From IMG/VR virus record IMGVR_UViG_3300021963_009993, positions 1 to 64,000 of that record: a stretch of DNA of 64,000 nucleotides. One strand, written 5' to 3'. Origin of the DNA: a virus. The translations under genes and the position numbers were made by a program. The notes under the pieces are model-generated. The model was not told the DNA's origin, did not search any database, and was given only the letters and a program-made list of their open reading frames with translations. How positions within the stretch are numbered: the stretch's first letter is position 1; each line of letters begins with the position of its first letter. Below, one piece after another: positions 28,256-36,994 of the stretch.

Positions 28256-28378
28256 ATGACTCGTTTCGAAATTATTGCCAGTTACCGTCGTATATTTGGC
28301 CTCTCTTGGGCCGAGGCGGTAAGGATCGTTGATGAGGTCTTTGGGTTTGTCTCCTCAACCAATGGCATGGGGTACTAA
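28256..28378 (+). CDS. Small hypothetical protein (40 aa)
   Basis: GGAGG RBS after the promoter; MTRFEIIASYRRIFGLSWAEAVRIVDEVF. Confidence 0.6.
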   Translation: MTRFEIIASYRRIFGLSWAEAVRIVDEVFGFVSSTNGMGY

Positions 28379-28400
28379 GTCACACACAAGGAGAAACACA

Positions 28401-28727
28401 ATGAGCAAATTGCATTTTGATCTTGAGGTGCGTGTTGAGGCTGTTTTGGGGGAAATTTCCTTAGAGGAGTTTGTGGAAAATGCAGAGCCTTACATCGTGG
28501 ACAAATCTTTGGAGGGAGATGTTTACAGCGTTGTCATAAAAAGCGCAAATAATCTAAGGCATAGAGATGGCACATGGTGGAAGACCAAATACCTTTTTGT
28601 GCTTGAAGTTTCCGCAGCTGTCGATACCCGAAATTTTGACCGATGGGTTGAACAACTTGAAGTTAAATTCAAAAACTCCGAGGTCAAAGTGAAAACCAAA
28701 GTTACATTCAACCCCTGTATCAGTTGA
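28401..28727 (+). CDS. Hypothetical protein, paralogue of 24930..25271
   Basis: AAGGAG RBS; MSKLHFDLEV...LGEISLEEF. Confidence 0.8.
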   Translation: MSKLHFDLEVRVEAVLGEISLEEFVENAEPYIVDKSLEGDVYSVVIKSANNLRHRDGTWWKTKYLFVLEVSAAVDTRNFDRWVEQLEVKFKNSEVKVKTKVTFNPCIS

Positions 28728-28829
28728 AGTAGTGATTTTGCTTCATTTGTTTAGTAGTGCTGTTGATGTGAATGAAGAAGCGGTTGTTGAGCCAGAAGTT
28801 GATGAGGTCGCACACACTAGGAGTCAAAA

Positions 28830-29093
28830 ATGAGCAAGCGCATCGATGGTGTTGTTCGTCTGATGGAAGTTATTGAAACCTTTAGCCTTGATGGCAAGGA
28901 TATCAATGTTGGTACAACTTTCCCTGCCCGTGCATGGGCGTGGGTTGATACCAAACCAGAAATCCCAGTTGAAATGTGGCGGGTTCAAGTCATAACCGCA
29001 AAAAAAAATCGAAAGACGGGTAAGAGTAAATCGGTTCGACAAGAATTCTTCGTCCCTGCAAATAACCTCAAATACCATGAATTAGATGAATAA
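28830..29093 (+). CDS. Hypothetical protein
   Basis: AGGAG RBS. Confidence 0.75.
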   Translation: MSKRIDGVVRLMEVIETFSLDGKDINVGTTFPARAWAWVDTKPEIPVEMWRVQVITAKKNRKTGKSKSVRQEFFVPANNLKYHELDE

Positions 29094-29156
29094 TGTTATT
29101 GACAAAAAAGGGATGTGAAAAAAAGGAAAGTGAGTGCGAATAGGTGGTAGGCGATA

Positions 29157-30266
29157 GTGCCTCAAGGGGTGAGAGAAATGGGTAAGACATTTAGTAAGTT
29201 TTTGAAAAATCAGACCTCTACGATGGAGGGATTTGAATCTCTTGAGAACATGATGTTTGATACATATCGTTTAAAAACTGTTGATTACAAATTTGAGAAT
29301 GGATTTATTGATGTGTTTTTTGGGGTGTTTAAATTTATTCATGTGAATGACTTGGAGGACGAGTACAAGTATTTGGTTTGGAGTAGTGCCAACTATTCGT
29401 ATTGGAAGTATGGATTGGGGCACATCGAAGTTATTCAAAAGCATCGTTTGGATCAACTGTATAAAAATGGTGTTGATGAAAAGTTGTTCAAAAACATTTG
29501 TCATTTGATGGAAGTTGTGTATTTGAGTTTGGAGAAGGATCGTAGTTTTTTTAATACTCTGACGGTTGATGAATTTAAAAGTCTTTTGAAAAAGTGCCAT
29601 CTCGATGATCAATTACTTCATTTGTTTAGCAGTACTGTTGATTTGAATGAAGAAGCGGTTGTTGAGCCAGAAGTTGAAGAAGAAGAATACAAATTTGATG
29701 ATATGCGTCCTGAGTATTTGGCTTTGCTGAACAAGAAGTTGCCGTATGTGAATAACAGAAAAGATTTTGATGGGATAGTTTGGGCAACCTTGTCACTAAG
29801 TGATGCTGTAAGTGTTAAGCCTTGTGGAAAATTGGATAAGGCATTTTTTGATAACAGAAAAGACTTGAGTGATTTTTACAAAAATGAGTTTGGTAATGAT
29901 GTTGAGATGGATTGGCATTTGAGGCATCACATAACTTTGGAGATTATGCGAGCGGTTGGATTCCAAAAGATCGAAGAAGAGTATATTGAGTTGTTGAGGG
30001 ATTTGTTTATTTATCCTGACAAGGATCAGGAGGAGGTGATAAAGAATGGTTTCGAGAAGGTTCTGAGTAAGAGGGAGAGGAGGGTGTTGAGTTTCTTTGT
30101 TAGGGCGAATCGTGTGGTGTGGCGCATGGTTAGTGTTGTAGCGCATGTTGCCAAGAAGAAACCACAATATGGACTCTTGGTGATGTTTCTTGTGCGAACA
30201 ACTGAAAATGTTCAACAAATGAAAGAGATTAACAAAATATTTAAAATGATATGGAGGGGAAAATGA
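29157..30266 (+). CDS. Hypothetical protein
   Basis: 369-aa ORF; exact start uncertain. Confidence 0.75.
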   Translation: MPQGVREMGKTFSKFLKNQTSTMEGFESLENMMFDTYRLKTVDYKFENGFIDVFFGVFKFIHVNDLEDEYKYLVWSSANYSYWKYGLGHIEVIQKHRLDQLYKNGVDEKLFKNICHLMEVVYLSLEKDRSFFNTLTVDEFKSLLKKCHLDDQLLHLFSSTVDLNEEAVVEPEVEEEEYKFDDMRPEYLALLNKKLPYVNNRKDFDGIVWATLSLSDAVSVKPCGKLDKAFFDNRKDLSDFYKNEFGNDVEMDWHLRHHITLEIMRAVGFQKIEEEYIELLRDLFIYPDKDQEEVIKNGFEKVLSKRERRVLSFFVRANRVVWRMVSVVAHVAKKKPQYGLLVMFLVRTTENVQQMKEINKIFKMIWRGK

Positions 30267-30267
30267 C

Positions 30268-30315
30268 AGATATAATCTAAAAAGTTGTGTGGAAAAAATA
30301 AAAAAAATAATCTAC
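30268..30315 (+). promoter_or_regulatory. Variant early promoter
   Basis: AAAAG-TTGTGT-N17-TAATCT. Confidence 0.55.
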
Positions 30316-30364
30316 AAGGTGTAGAAATAGTGTCTATAGTGTAGATGGGTAGTTTAAAAACTTT

Positions 30365-30721
30365 ATGGAGGAATTTCAAATGGCTGTAAAGAGTGTGAAG
30401 AAGCGTGTGTATTTGAGGGATATGTTTCCGACAGAGGCGAAGCTTCGTCGGTTTGAGGCAGAGGTGGTTCGTGTTGGGAATATTCGTCAAGTGGCGAACA
30501 AGTATGGATTGTTGCCAATAACTGTGTGGCAGCATTGTCGGAGGAATGGGATTGAAACGAATGGTCGTGGTCGTCCAACCCGTTGGAATTTGAATGAGGC
30601 TAAGTTGTTGCCGAAGCTAAAAGAGGCATCAAAGGTGCGTGGTGGAATGCGAAAGATGGCTGATGCTCTTGGTGTGCCTTACTATGTTGTTTACAACCTA
30701 GCTGTAAAGAATGGTCTGTGA
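30365..30721 (+). CDS. Small protein with two helix-turn-helix-like motifs
   Basis: GNIRQVANKYGLLPITVWQHCRRNGI and GGMRKMADALGVPYYVVYNLAVKNGL. Confidence 0.7.
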   Translation: MEEFQMAVKSVKKRVYLRDMFPTEAKLRRFEAEVVRVGNIRQVANKYGLLPITVWQHCRRNGIETNGRGRPTRWNLNEAKLLPKLKEASKVRGGMRKMADALGVPYYVVYNLAVKNGL

Positions 30722-30739
30722 TCTCGTAGTGAAAGACTT

Positions 30740-30774
30740 AAGCCCTCCCCTAATTTTGGGGGAGGGCTTTTTTT
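30740..30774 (+). terminator. Intrinsic terminator
   Basis: AAGCCCTCCCC/GGGGAGGGCTT stem plus T-tract. Confidence 0.85.
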
Positions 30775-30915
30775 GTTCTAAAATTTCTACCATTTTTATC
30801 TCATACTCTACAAAACAAGTGCATTATACAAATATATCAAAATATATATTTTTTTTAAATAGTATCCTAGTACACCCAAGGATTAATTGACTACTTCGAT
30901 TATCTTAATTTTAAT

Positions 30916-31070
30916 TGATATACTTTGATATACTTAAAAAAGTTGTTGAGTTAAACAAGATGGTTTACACTAGTGTTACTTAAACCGCATTCGTTTTTGT
31001 AATATATCATTTGATATACATTGATATATTTAAAAAAGTTGTGTGGTTTATTGAATTGGTTTACACTAGG
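30916..31070 (+). promoter_or_regulatory. Two tandem early promoters
   Basis: TTGTTG-N17-TACACT (30943-30971) and TTGTGT-N17-TACACT (31039-31067), each with GATAT boxes. Confidence 0.85.
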
Positions 31071-31125
31071 TTTGTTGGTGTTGTTGTGTTGTTGTTTGGA
31101 ATCAAAACTCCAAGAGGGTAGTAAC

Positions 31126-32310
31126 ATGTCTCGTCAGCAAGGTGTTGGTCCTATCGTTCGTAAGGCTCTCGACCTCAATGCCAATGTTGGCTATGAGACG
31201 GTTGCTTCAATGTGTGCCAAGGAAGGGTTAACGCTAGGGATCGCAACATTCCGAACTCTTCGTTCCGCATGGAGGAGTGCAAGTGGCAAGGGTCGGGCTC
31301 CCTCCCTCCCTGCGGAGCCGATTGTTGTTCCATCTGTGGTTGTGCGGGTGCCCGAAGTGGCACCTGTTGCCGAGGTGGTTTCCGATCTGTCCAGCTACGA
31401 CGAATACTACACGCCCAAGAGCGTGTCTGTGTTTTCCAAAACTGTGGACGAAGAGGCAATGTTCGTCGTCCCGAAGCGTGACCCTCACTTTGTCATGTCT
31501 GAGGGGGTCAAGAAACTCCTCAAGACGGTGGAGGAAGATTCCCAGATCAAGCCCCAGAATGTCCGCCTCACGGGGCCAGCGGGGTGCGGTAAGACTTCTT
31601 TGGCAGCTGAGTTCGCTGCCATGTACAATCGCCCCCTCATCGTGATGGACTCTCCCCTCATTCGGGAGCCGAAGGATTGGTACGGTCACAAGACCGTTCG
31701 CAAGGAGGGTGAAGAAACCACTATCGAGTGGGTTGATTCCACCTTCTCGAAATTCATCCGCACCGAAAGGGCGGTCATCGTTCTTGATGAGATCAATCGT
31801 GTTAGCCCCTTGGTGGCTAACGCATTGCTGCCTCTGCTCGACCATCGTCGGGCATCTTTTTGCCAAGATGCCAATAAACTTTATTCTGTGGCAAAAGGTG
31901 TGGTCTTCTTCGCAACGACCAACGAGGGTCGTGAATTTACGGGAACGATTGCAATGGACGCTGCCAATCGTGACCGTCTTGGCACGGTTGTCGAGGTGGA
32001 CTACCTTCCTGAAGAGAAGGAGACTGAACTTCTCCACAATAGGACAAAGCTCGATGTTGGCACCTGCCTCAAGCTGTGCCAAGTTGCCAGCGTGGTACGC
32101 AAGAAGGTGAAGGCTGATAACGCCGACTCCTTCAGTCATGCGATTAGCACCCGCATGTTGCAGAACGCTGCGGAGAAGATTGTGCGTGGTGGTTTGACTA
32201 CCCTGAATTTCACTCTCTTGAATCACTACTCCAATGCGGGTGGTGACAAGAGTGAGCGGTCTGCCCTCATGCAGTTGTTGATGGGAAAATTTGGCGACCT
32301 GAACAAATAA
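31126..32310 (+). CDS. MoxR-type AAA+ ATPase (CbbQ/NorQ/CobS-like)
   Basis: Walker A GPAGCGKT, Walker B IVLDEINR, ATTNEG, MDAANRDR, ISTR; GAGGG RBS before ATG 31126. Confidence 0.92.
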   Translation: MSRQQGVGPIVRKALDLNANVGYETVASMCAKEGLTLGIATFRTLRSAWRSASGKGRAPSLPAEPIVVPSVVVRVPEVAPVAEVVSDLSSYDEYYTPKSVSVFSKTVDEEAMFVVPKRDPHFVMSEGVKKLLKTVEEDSQIKPQNVRLTGPAGCGKTSLAAEFAAMYNRPLIVMDSPLIREPKDWYGHKTVRKEGEETTIEWVDSTFSKFIRTERAVIVLDEINRVSPLVANALLPLLDHRRASFCQDANKLYSVAKGVVFFATTNEGREFTGTIAMDAANRDRLGTVVEVDYLPEEKETELLHNRTKLDVGTCLKLCQVASVVRKKVKADNADSFSHAISTRMLQNAAEKIVRGGLTTLNFTLLNHYSNAGGDKSERSALMQLLMGKFGDLNK

Positions 32311-32333
32311 ACCTGCGTTTTTGGTTTCCTCCT

Positions 32334-32363
32334 CCCCCGGACTATATGTCCGGGGGTTTTTTT
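32334..32363 (+). terminator. Intrinsic terminator
   Basis: CCCCCGGAC/GTCCGGGGG stem plus T7. Confidence 0.85.
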
Positions 32364-32447
32364 ATTTTGTTTTTTACATGGGTCAATTTTTGTGGTGCAG
32401 GCAAAAAACGAGTATGTAAATTCATCAATAACTTTCAACAACTTTAA

Positions 32448-32494
32448 TCAGGTGTTGGAGTAGGTGTTGGAGTAGGTGTTGGAGTAGCACCTGA
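32448..32494. repeat. 3 x 12-bp tandem repeat AGGTGTTGGAGT enclosed by TCAGGTG/CACCTGA
   Basis: Direct reading. Confidence 0.85.
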
Positions 32495-32535
32495 TTTCAA
32501 CAAAATCCACCCGGCTCAACAACTCAATTAAATCA

Positions 32536-32604
32536 ATATATCACTTGATATCAAAAGATATACTTAAAAAAGTTGTGTGGTTTATTGGGGTGGAATACAC
32601 TAGG
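32536..32604 (+). promoter_or_regulatory. Early promoter family member
   Basis: GATATCAAAAGATAT; AAAAG-TTGTGT-N17-TACACT-AG. Confidence 0.85.
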
Positions 32605-32647
32605 TGTAGGTAACTAGGACTACTAGGACTACATGGAGGGTTTCAAA

Positions 32648-34708
32648 ATGGCTTACACCACTTGGGGCGACTACTGGAACAAAAGGGATTCGTTTTCCTA
32701 CACCCCTGTGACCAATTGGTCACCATCCCGCAGCGTTAACTCCCTGTACGGGATTGACAATTACGAAGACCGCAAAACCAAGGAAAATGCGACTTCCGAA
32801 GCTTTGAGGGAGGCCTTGGAGGTCTTCCAAAAGAATGCCAACATCCTGAGCAACGACAAGGATGGTAATGAGGTCAACATCCTTGTCCGATTCAAGGGTG
32901 CCAACAACAAAGAGTTGACGGGCAACGATGTTGTACTCAACCCTGCCCTTCTTTTGAAAGGCAACAAGGTTAAAGAAGGGGATGATTATTGGGATGCAAT
33001 GGATGCCATGAATGGCAGACTGCTCCTGAAACAAGTAATTCGGCGTGAATGCAGCAAGAAGGACTTGGCTGCCTTGGCAAAGGCTCCAGTTCCTTCAAGG
33101 GACTTGTTTGCAACCCTCGCCAGCAGAATGGCTGAGGCTCAGATCAGCGAGGAATGGGTTGGTTTCCGACCCTACATGCAGAAACACGGGGAACTGTGCC
33201 ACTCTAAGGCATCTGACTTCGATGCCAACATGGAGGCAACCAAGAATAACCTTGAGCCTATCACTCAAGCGTTGTGCCACAACGCTCTCAACGAGGACAA
33301 AATCGATTTTGCAGATGCGAACCTCCATGAGGTTCAAGATTGGTTCAACAACAAAATCAACTCTATGAGGAATCTCACCCTCGAAGGGTGCAGAAGGATC
33401 GTTGAAGACTTAGAGGAGATGCTTCGCCTCAAGGAAGAGGAAAGCAAGGGCGAGGGCGAAGGTGAAGGTGAAGAGGGTGAGGGTGAAAAGTCAGAAGAAA
33501 TGGGAGGCTCACCTGAGAAGGATGGCGGTGAAGAAGCATCCTCTTCTCCCGACGACGATGAGGAGAGCAAACTTGAGGGGGGTTCCAAGTCTTCGGGGGA
33601 TGACAAAAAAGAAACCCCTGCCCCTTCGAAAGAAGAAGGCAAGGACAAGGCAACCGAGGACAAAGAATCCAAGGTCAGCGAAGAAAAACCAAAGGCCAAG
33701 GTTCCCTTTGACCGAGAGGTTTTTGATATTGCTGATGACACCATCCCCGAAGCTTCGGGAGCGGATATGGACTACTCCGCTCTTGATCCTGAGAAAATCC
33801 CTGAAGCAAAGGGTTGCTTCTCCAAAATGGAGTTTGACCGAATCATTCCCAGCGTTCTGTTGAAGCAGAACGGCAAGGGCTACAACGCCCGTATGATGGT
33901 TGACCCTTACACCGATGAAGTCAAAATCAACAACCTCTACAAAGAACACATTCAAAAAAGAAGGAATGTCATCGGTGAGGTGACCAATGCATTCCACTTC
34001 CAAAACAATGAAACCAGCTATTTTGACTACGGTCTTCAAAGCGGTGACATTGATGAGCATGCATTCACCAAGTTTGCGATGGATGATTTCGACACCATCT
34101 ACCAACGCAAGGAAGTGTTGGGCAAACCAAGCGTGTTGATTGGTCTGCTCATCGACCAGAGCGGTTCGATGGGAAGTGGCTATGAAAGCAAGATGGCTAA
34201 GGCGATTGATGTTGCCATCGTGATGAGCGAGGCGATCAAGAACCTTAACGGTGTTGAATTGTTGGTTTATGGGCATACTGCTCAAGCAAAAAGGTCTGCT
34301 GAACAGACCAACATGTTGATTTACCAAGACAAGGAGGTGAAGGAGCTTCATCATCTGAAGAATGCTTGCGCCATCTATGAGAACTTGGATGGCTATGCTA
34401 TCCAATACACCTCTGACAAGATGGCGGAGTATGACGAGGACAAAAAGATCCTCTTCGTCATCTCTGATGGTAGCCCTCATGGTCGTGATGGTTATCACGG
34501 GTACTCTGCCCTGAAGCACACCGCCAAGGCAGTCGAAACTGCCCGTAAGAAGGGCATCAAGGTGTTTGGGATTGGCATTGCGAATGCTTATGACCAAGAC
34601 ACCAGCGACATCCTGTTTGGAAAGGGGAACGGGGTTGTGATTGGGGATGTTGAATCCTCGATTGGAATCCTGACCCGCAAGATTAAGAGTTTCATCAACA
34701 ACCTGTAG
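32648..34708 (+). CDS. vWA-domain protein (CobT/NorD-like partner of the AAA+ ATPase)
   Basis: MIDAS LLIDQSGSM, ENLDGYAI, LFVISDGSP, VFGIGI; central acidic linker. Confidence 0.9.
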   Translation: MAYTTWGDYWNKRDSFSYTPVTNWSPSRSVNSLYGIDNYEDRKTKENATSEALREALEVFQKNANILSNDKDGNEVNILVRFKGANNKELTGNDVVLNPALLLKGNKVKEGDDYWDAMDAMNGRLLLKQVIRRECSKKDLAALAKAPVPSRDLFATLASRMAEAQISEEWVGFRPYMQKHGELCHSKASDFDANMEATKNNLEPITQALCHNALNEDKIDFADANLHEVQDWFNNKINSMRNLTLEGCRRIVEDLEEMLRLKEEESKGEGEGEGEEGEGEKSEEMGGSPEKDGGEEASSSPDDDEESKLEGGSKSSGDDKKETPAPSKEEGKDKATEDKESKVSEEKPKAKVPFDREVFDIADDTIPEASGADMDYSALDPEKIPEAKGCFSKMEFDRIIPSVLLKQNGKGYNARMMVDPYTDEVKINNLYKEHIQKRRNVIGEVTNAFHFQNNETSYFDYGLQSGDIDEHAFTKFAMDDFDTIYQRKEVLGKPSVLIGLLIDQSGSMGSGYESKMAKAIDVAIVMSEAIKNLNGVELLVYGHTAQAKRSAEQTNMLIYQDKEVKELHHLKNACAIYENLDGYAIQYTSDKMAEYDEDKKILFVISDGSPHGRDGYHGYSALKHTAKAVETARKKGIKVFGIGIANAYDQDTSDILFGKGNGVVIGDVESSIGILTRKIKSFINNL

Positions 34709-34752
34709 ATGATTGGTGGATTGAGTGAAACCAAACAAAGGAGGAAACAGTC

Positions 34753-35199
34753 ATGGCAGCAGAATACACCCCCATCTCCCTGAATGAAATGAAAGAGGTC
34801 TTGGAGCCTCTCGGGTTCACCGTTGTTCAAATGAATGGTGTACGGGAGGTGGTCTTTGGAAAACGAGTTGACCAAGAGGGTGCTGATCCCCTTTCCTTGA
34901 GGGTATTTTCGTCGATTGAGGCGGGTATCTCCCGTGAGTGCGGTGCTGATGCCATTCGGGTTCAGCTAGCCTCAAAACTCAAAAATGGGGCTATTAAAAT
35001 CGTTGGCAAACAAAAGCGGGTGAATCGAACCCAAGGGTGGAAAGATAACCTTTTGGAAAGGGTGAATCATTTAGAGGCAATGATGGGGCCAGTTTGTCCT
35101 TGTGGGGCACATATGGTCGAACGCAAAGGCAAGAATGGTTTCTTTTGGGGATGCTGCCGTTTTCCCGATTGTCGGCAAACGATGAAGATCGTGGAGTGA
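34753..35199 (+). CDS. Protein with C-terminal topoisomerase-IA-type C4 zinc ribbon
   Basis: CPCGAHMVERKGKNGFFWGCCRFPDCR. Confidence 0.8.
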   Translation: MAAEYTPISLNEMKEVLEPLGFTVVQMNGVREVVFGKRVDQEGADPLSLRVFSSIEAGISRECGADAIRVQLASKLKNGAIKIVGKQKRVNRTQGWKDNLLERVNHLEAMMGPVCPCGAHMVERKGKNGFFWGCCRFPDCRQTMKIVE

Positions 35200-35275
35200 G
35201 TGAGTGAGTGAGTGAATGTGTGCATAGTCACACCCCCGATTGTCGAGAAACCATGAAGATCGTGGAGTGAGTGTC
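35165..35275 (+). repeat. Imperfect ~38-bp duplication of the gene 3' end plus a GAGT microsatellite
   Basis: CCCGATTGTCG..AAAC.ATGAAGATCGTGGAGTGAGT occurs twice. Confidence 0.75.
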
Positions 35276-35404
35276 GATATGTGACCCAGCTATATCATCA
35301 AGAACATATCCACAAGTCGCATATCGACATGTCCATATCGACACATCTGCGACTTGTGTTTTTTTGAGTGAATGTGTGCGTAGGTCACATACTGACCAAT
35401 CATC

Positions 35405-36025
35405 ATGAGGTTTACAACCATGAAACCAGTAATGACTCCGATTATTGTTTCAGTTGATGATTTGATTGATGAGATTAATGTACTCCGCAAGAGGGTTACT
35501 GCTGTATCAACCATAAAGGGAAGTACTGAGTTGGTTTCTTTTACTGCATTCACTCCTGTTGAGTTATTGAGGGATACTGGCAATCCTTATTTGGAACGAA
35601 ACATATGGAAGTTATCAAAGGTTAGTGCAATCGTTGGCAACTTCAGTTACACCAAGATCATCAACAACAGACTTAAACAAGAATGGGCATCATCATCTAG
35701 TCATCATCCAGTTCCTCCTCGTTTCGTTGCCAAGAAAAGGGCGTGGGGTATCAGTCGAGTTGGTCAACCTTTTGTTGAACATCGTGGTGATGAAAACTAT
35801 GCCTTGAGAGTTATTGTCAACAAGGTTCTTTCCAAACCAATCTTTTATGAAATAAAAACGGATGGCAAACATGTTGTATTGCGAGGCAATGTTGGCAAAT
35901 GGGTAAGGAAGAAGAATCCACCCAAGACCCAAAAGCTTTTAAAGAACAAAGTTATTTATCGAGATTATTGGCCTGAGAATATCCGTGAAATCAAAATCAA
36001 TGGCAAACATCTCATCATCCGCTAA
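35405..36025 (+). CDS. Hypothetical phage protein
   Basis: GNPY...K...Y...INNRL..E...WG...VEH pattern. Confidence 0.75.
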   Translation: MRFTTMKPVMTPIIVSVDDLIDEINVLRKRVTAVSTIKGSTELVSFTAFTPVELLRDTGNPYLERNIWKLSKVSAIVGNFSYTKIINNRLKQEWASSSSHHPVPPRFVAKKRAWGISRVGQPFVEHRGDENYALRVIVNKVLSKPIFYEIKTDGKHVVLRGNVGKWVRKKNPPKTQKLLKNKVIYRDYWPENIREIKINGKHLIIR

Positions 36026-36172
36026 TCAACAACCAATCATCATCAATAAATTTATCCTGTACATAGTCACACAATTGCCAACGCTGTCATGACAATAAAA
36101 TATTAAATAACTATTGTGAAAATAAAATAAAACATACTACTACTAAATGTGTAGCCATATCTGAAATCAATC

Positions 36173-36337
36173 ATGAAGACCAAAAAAGAAATCGAATCAA
36201 TAATCAAAGAATACGAGATGTACTGTATTAGCCTGAACATAATTGGCTACACAAACATCAGCAACAAATTCAAAACACTTATTGAACTAATCAAAGAAAA
36301 CATGTTGCCTGAAGAACAGGATACTCTCACCAATTGA
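36173..36337 (+). CDS. Possible small protein (54 aa)
   Basis: Open frame MKTKKEIESIIKEY...; no clear RBS. Confidence 0.35.
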   Translation: MKTKKEIESIIKEYEMYCISLNIIGYTNISNKFKTLIELIKENMLPEEQDTLTN

Positions 36338-36576
36338 TTCAACAAAACTTTTTTAAGATTTATAAAACATAAACCATATCGTTTAGTGGTAGACTACTTT
36401 TGTAGCTTATTTGAATTTTTATAATTTATAAAACATAAAAAAACAATCAATAATGAAAGACTAGTTTTATAGCTTATTCAAGAAATTTAAAATTTAAAAA
36501 TCATAAAAACTTTTTAAGATTTTTAAAATCAAATACAAATCATATCCTCAAATAATTATTAGTTGTGCGTAATCCT

Positions 36577-36645
36577 CTTAAGAATTTAATTCTTAAGAAG
36601 AATTAAATTCTTAAGTCTTAAGACTTAAATTCTTAATTCTTAAAG
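36577..36645. repeat. CTTAAG-rich palindrome cluster
   Basis: Perfect 18-bp inverted repeat CTTAAGAATTTAATTCTT-aag-AAGAATTAAATTCTTAAG followed by degenerate copies. Confidence 0.85.
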
Positions 36646-36864
36646 ACATTAGCACACCAAATAATTAAATCCCATAAAGACACCCGAACAGGTAGAAAAA
36701 TTTAAACCCCCCAATGCACACCCAATAATTATTTTCCAAATAGCTACCAAAGTCGGTAGACAATACATCCCCCATTAATAGGCAACCAATTAATTTTGAT
36801 ATCTTTTGATATCAATCAAACCTCTCTGGAAACGCAGAGTGCTGGAAAACAAGGGGTTTTGTGG

Positions 36865-36931
36865 TATATCACTTTATATCAAAAGATATATTTACAAATG
36901 TTGCTGGGTTCTGGAAGGGCGAAAACACTAG
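36865..36931 (+). promoter_or_regulatory. Early promoter family member
   Basis: ATATCAAAAGATAT; TTGCTG-N17-AACACT-AG. Confidence 0.8.
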
Positions 36932-36994
36932 TTTCACGCTGGAAACACTTCGTCCCAGCGAAGGGAATCACAACTCCCAGTCGAGGATTTTTCG

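Noticed and set aside
28741-29680. Diversity-generating retroelement TR/VR pair
   Set aside because: The four mismatches (T/C, G/A, G/T, T/A) are not adenine-specific, and no reverse transcriptase is present.
31234-34738. Long antisense ORFs (330 aa and 409 aa) opposite the AAA+ and vWA genes
   Set aside because: These are shadow frames expected from GC-rich, biased codon usage on the sense strand; they lack an RBS and any recognisable motifs.
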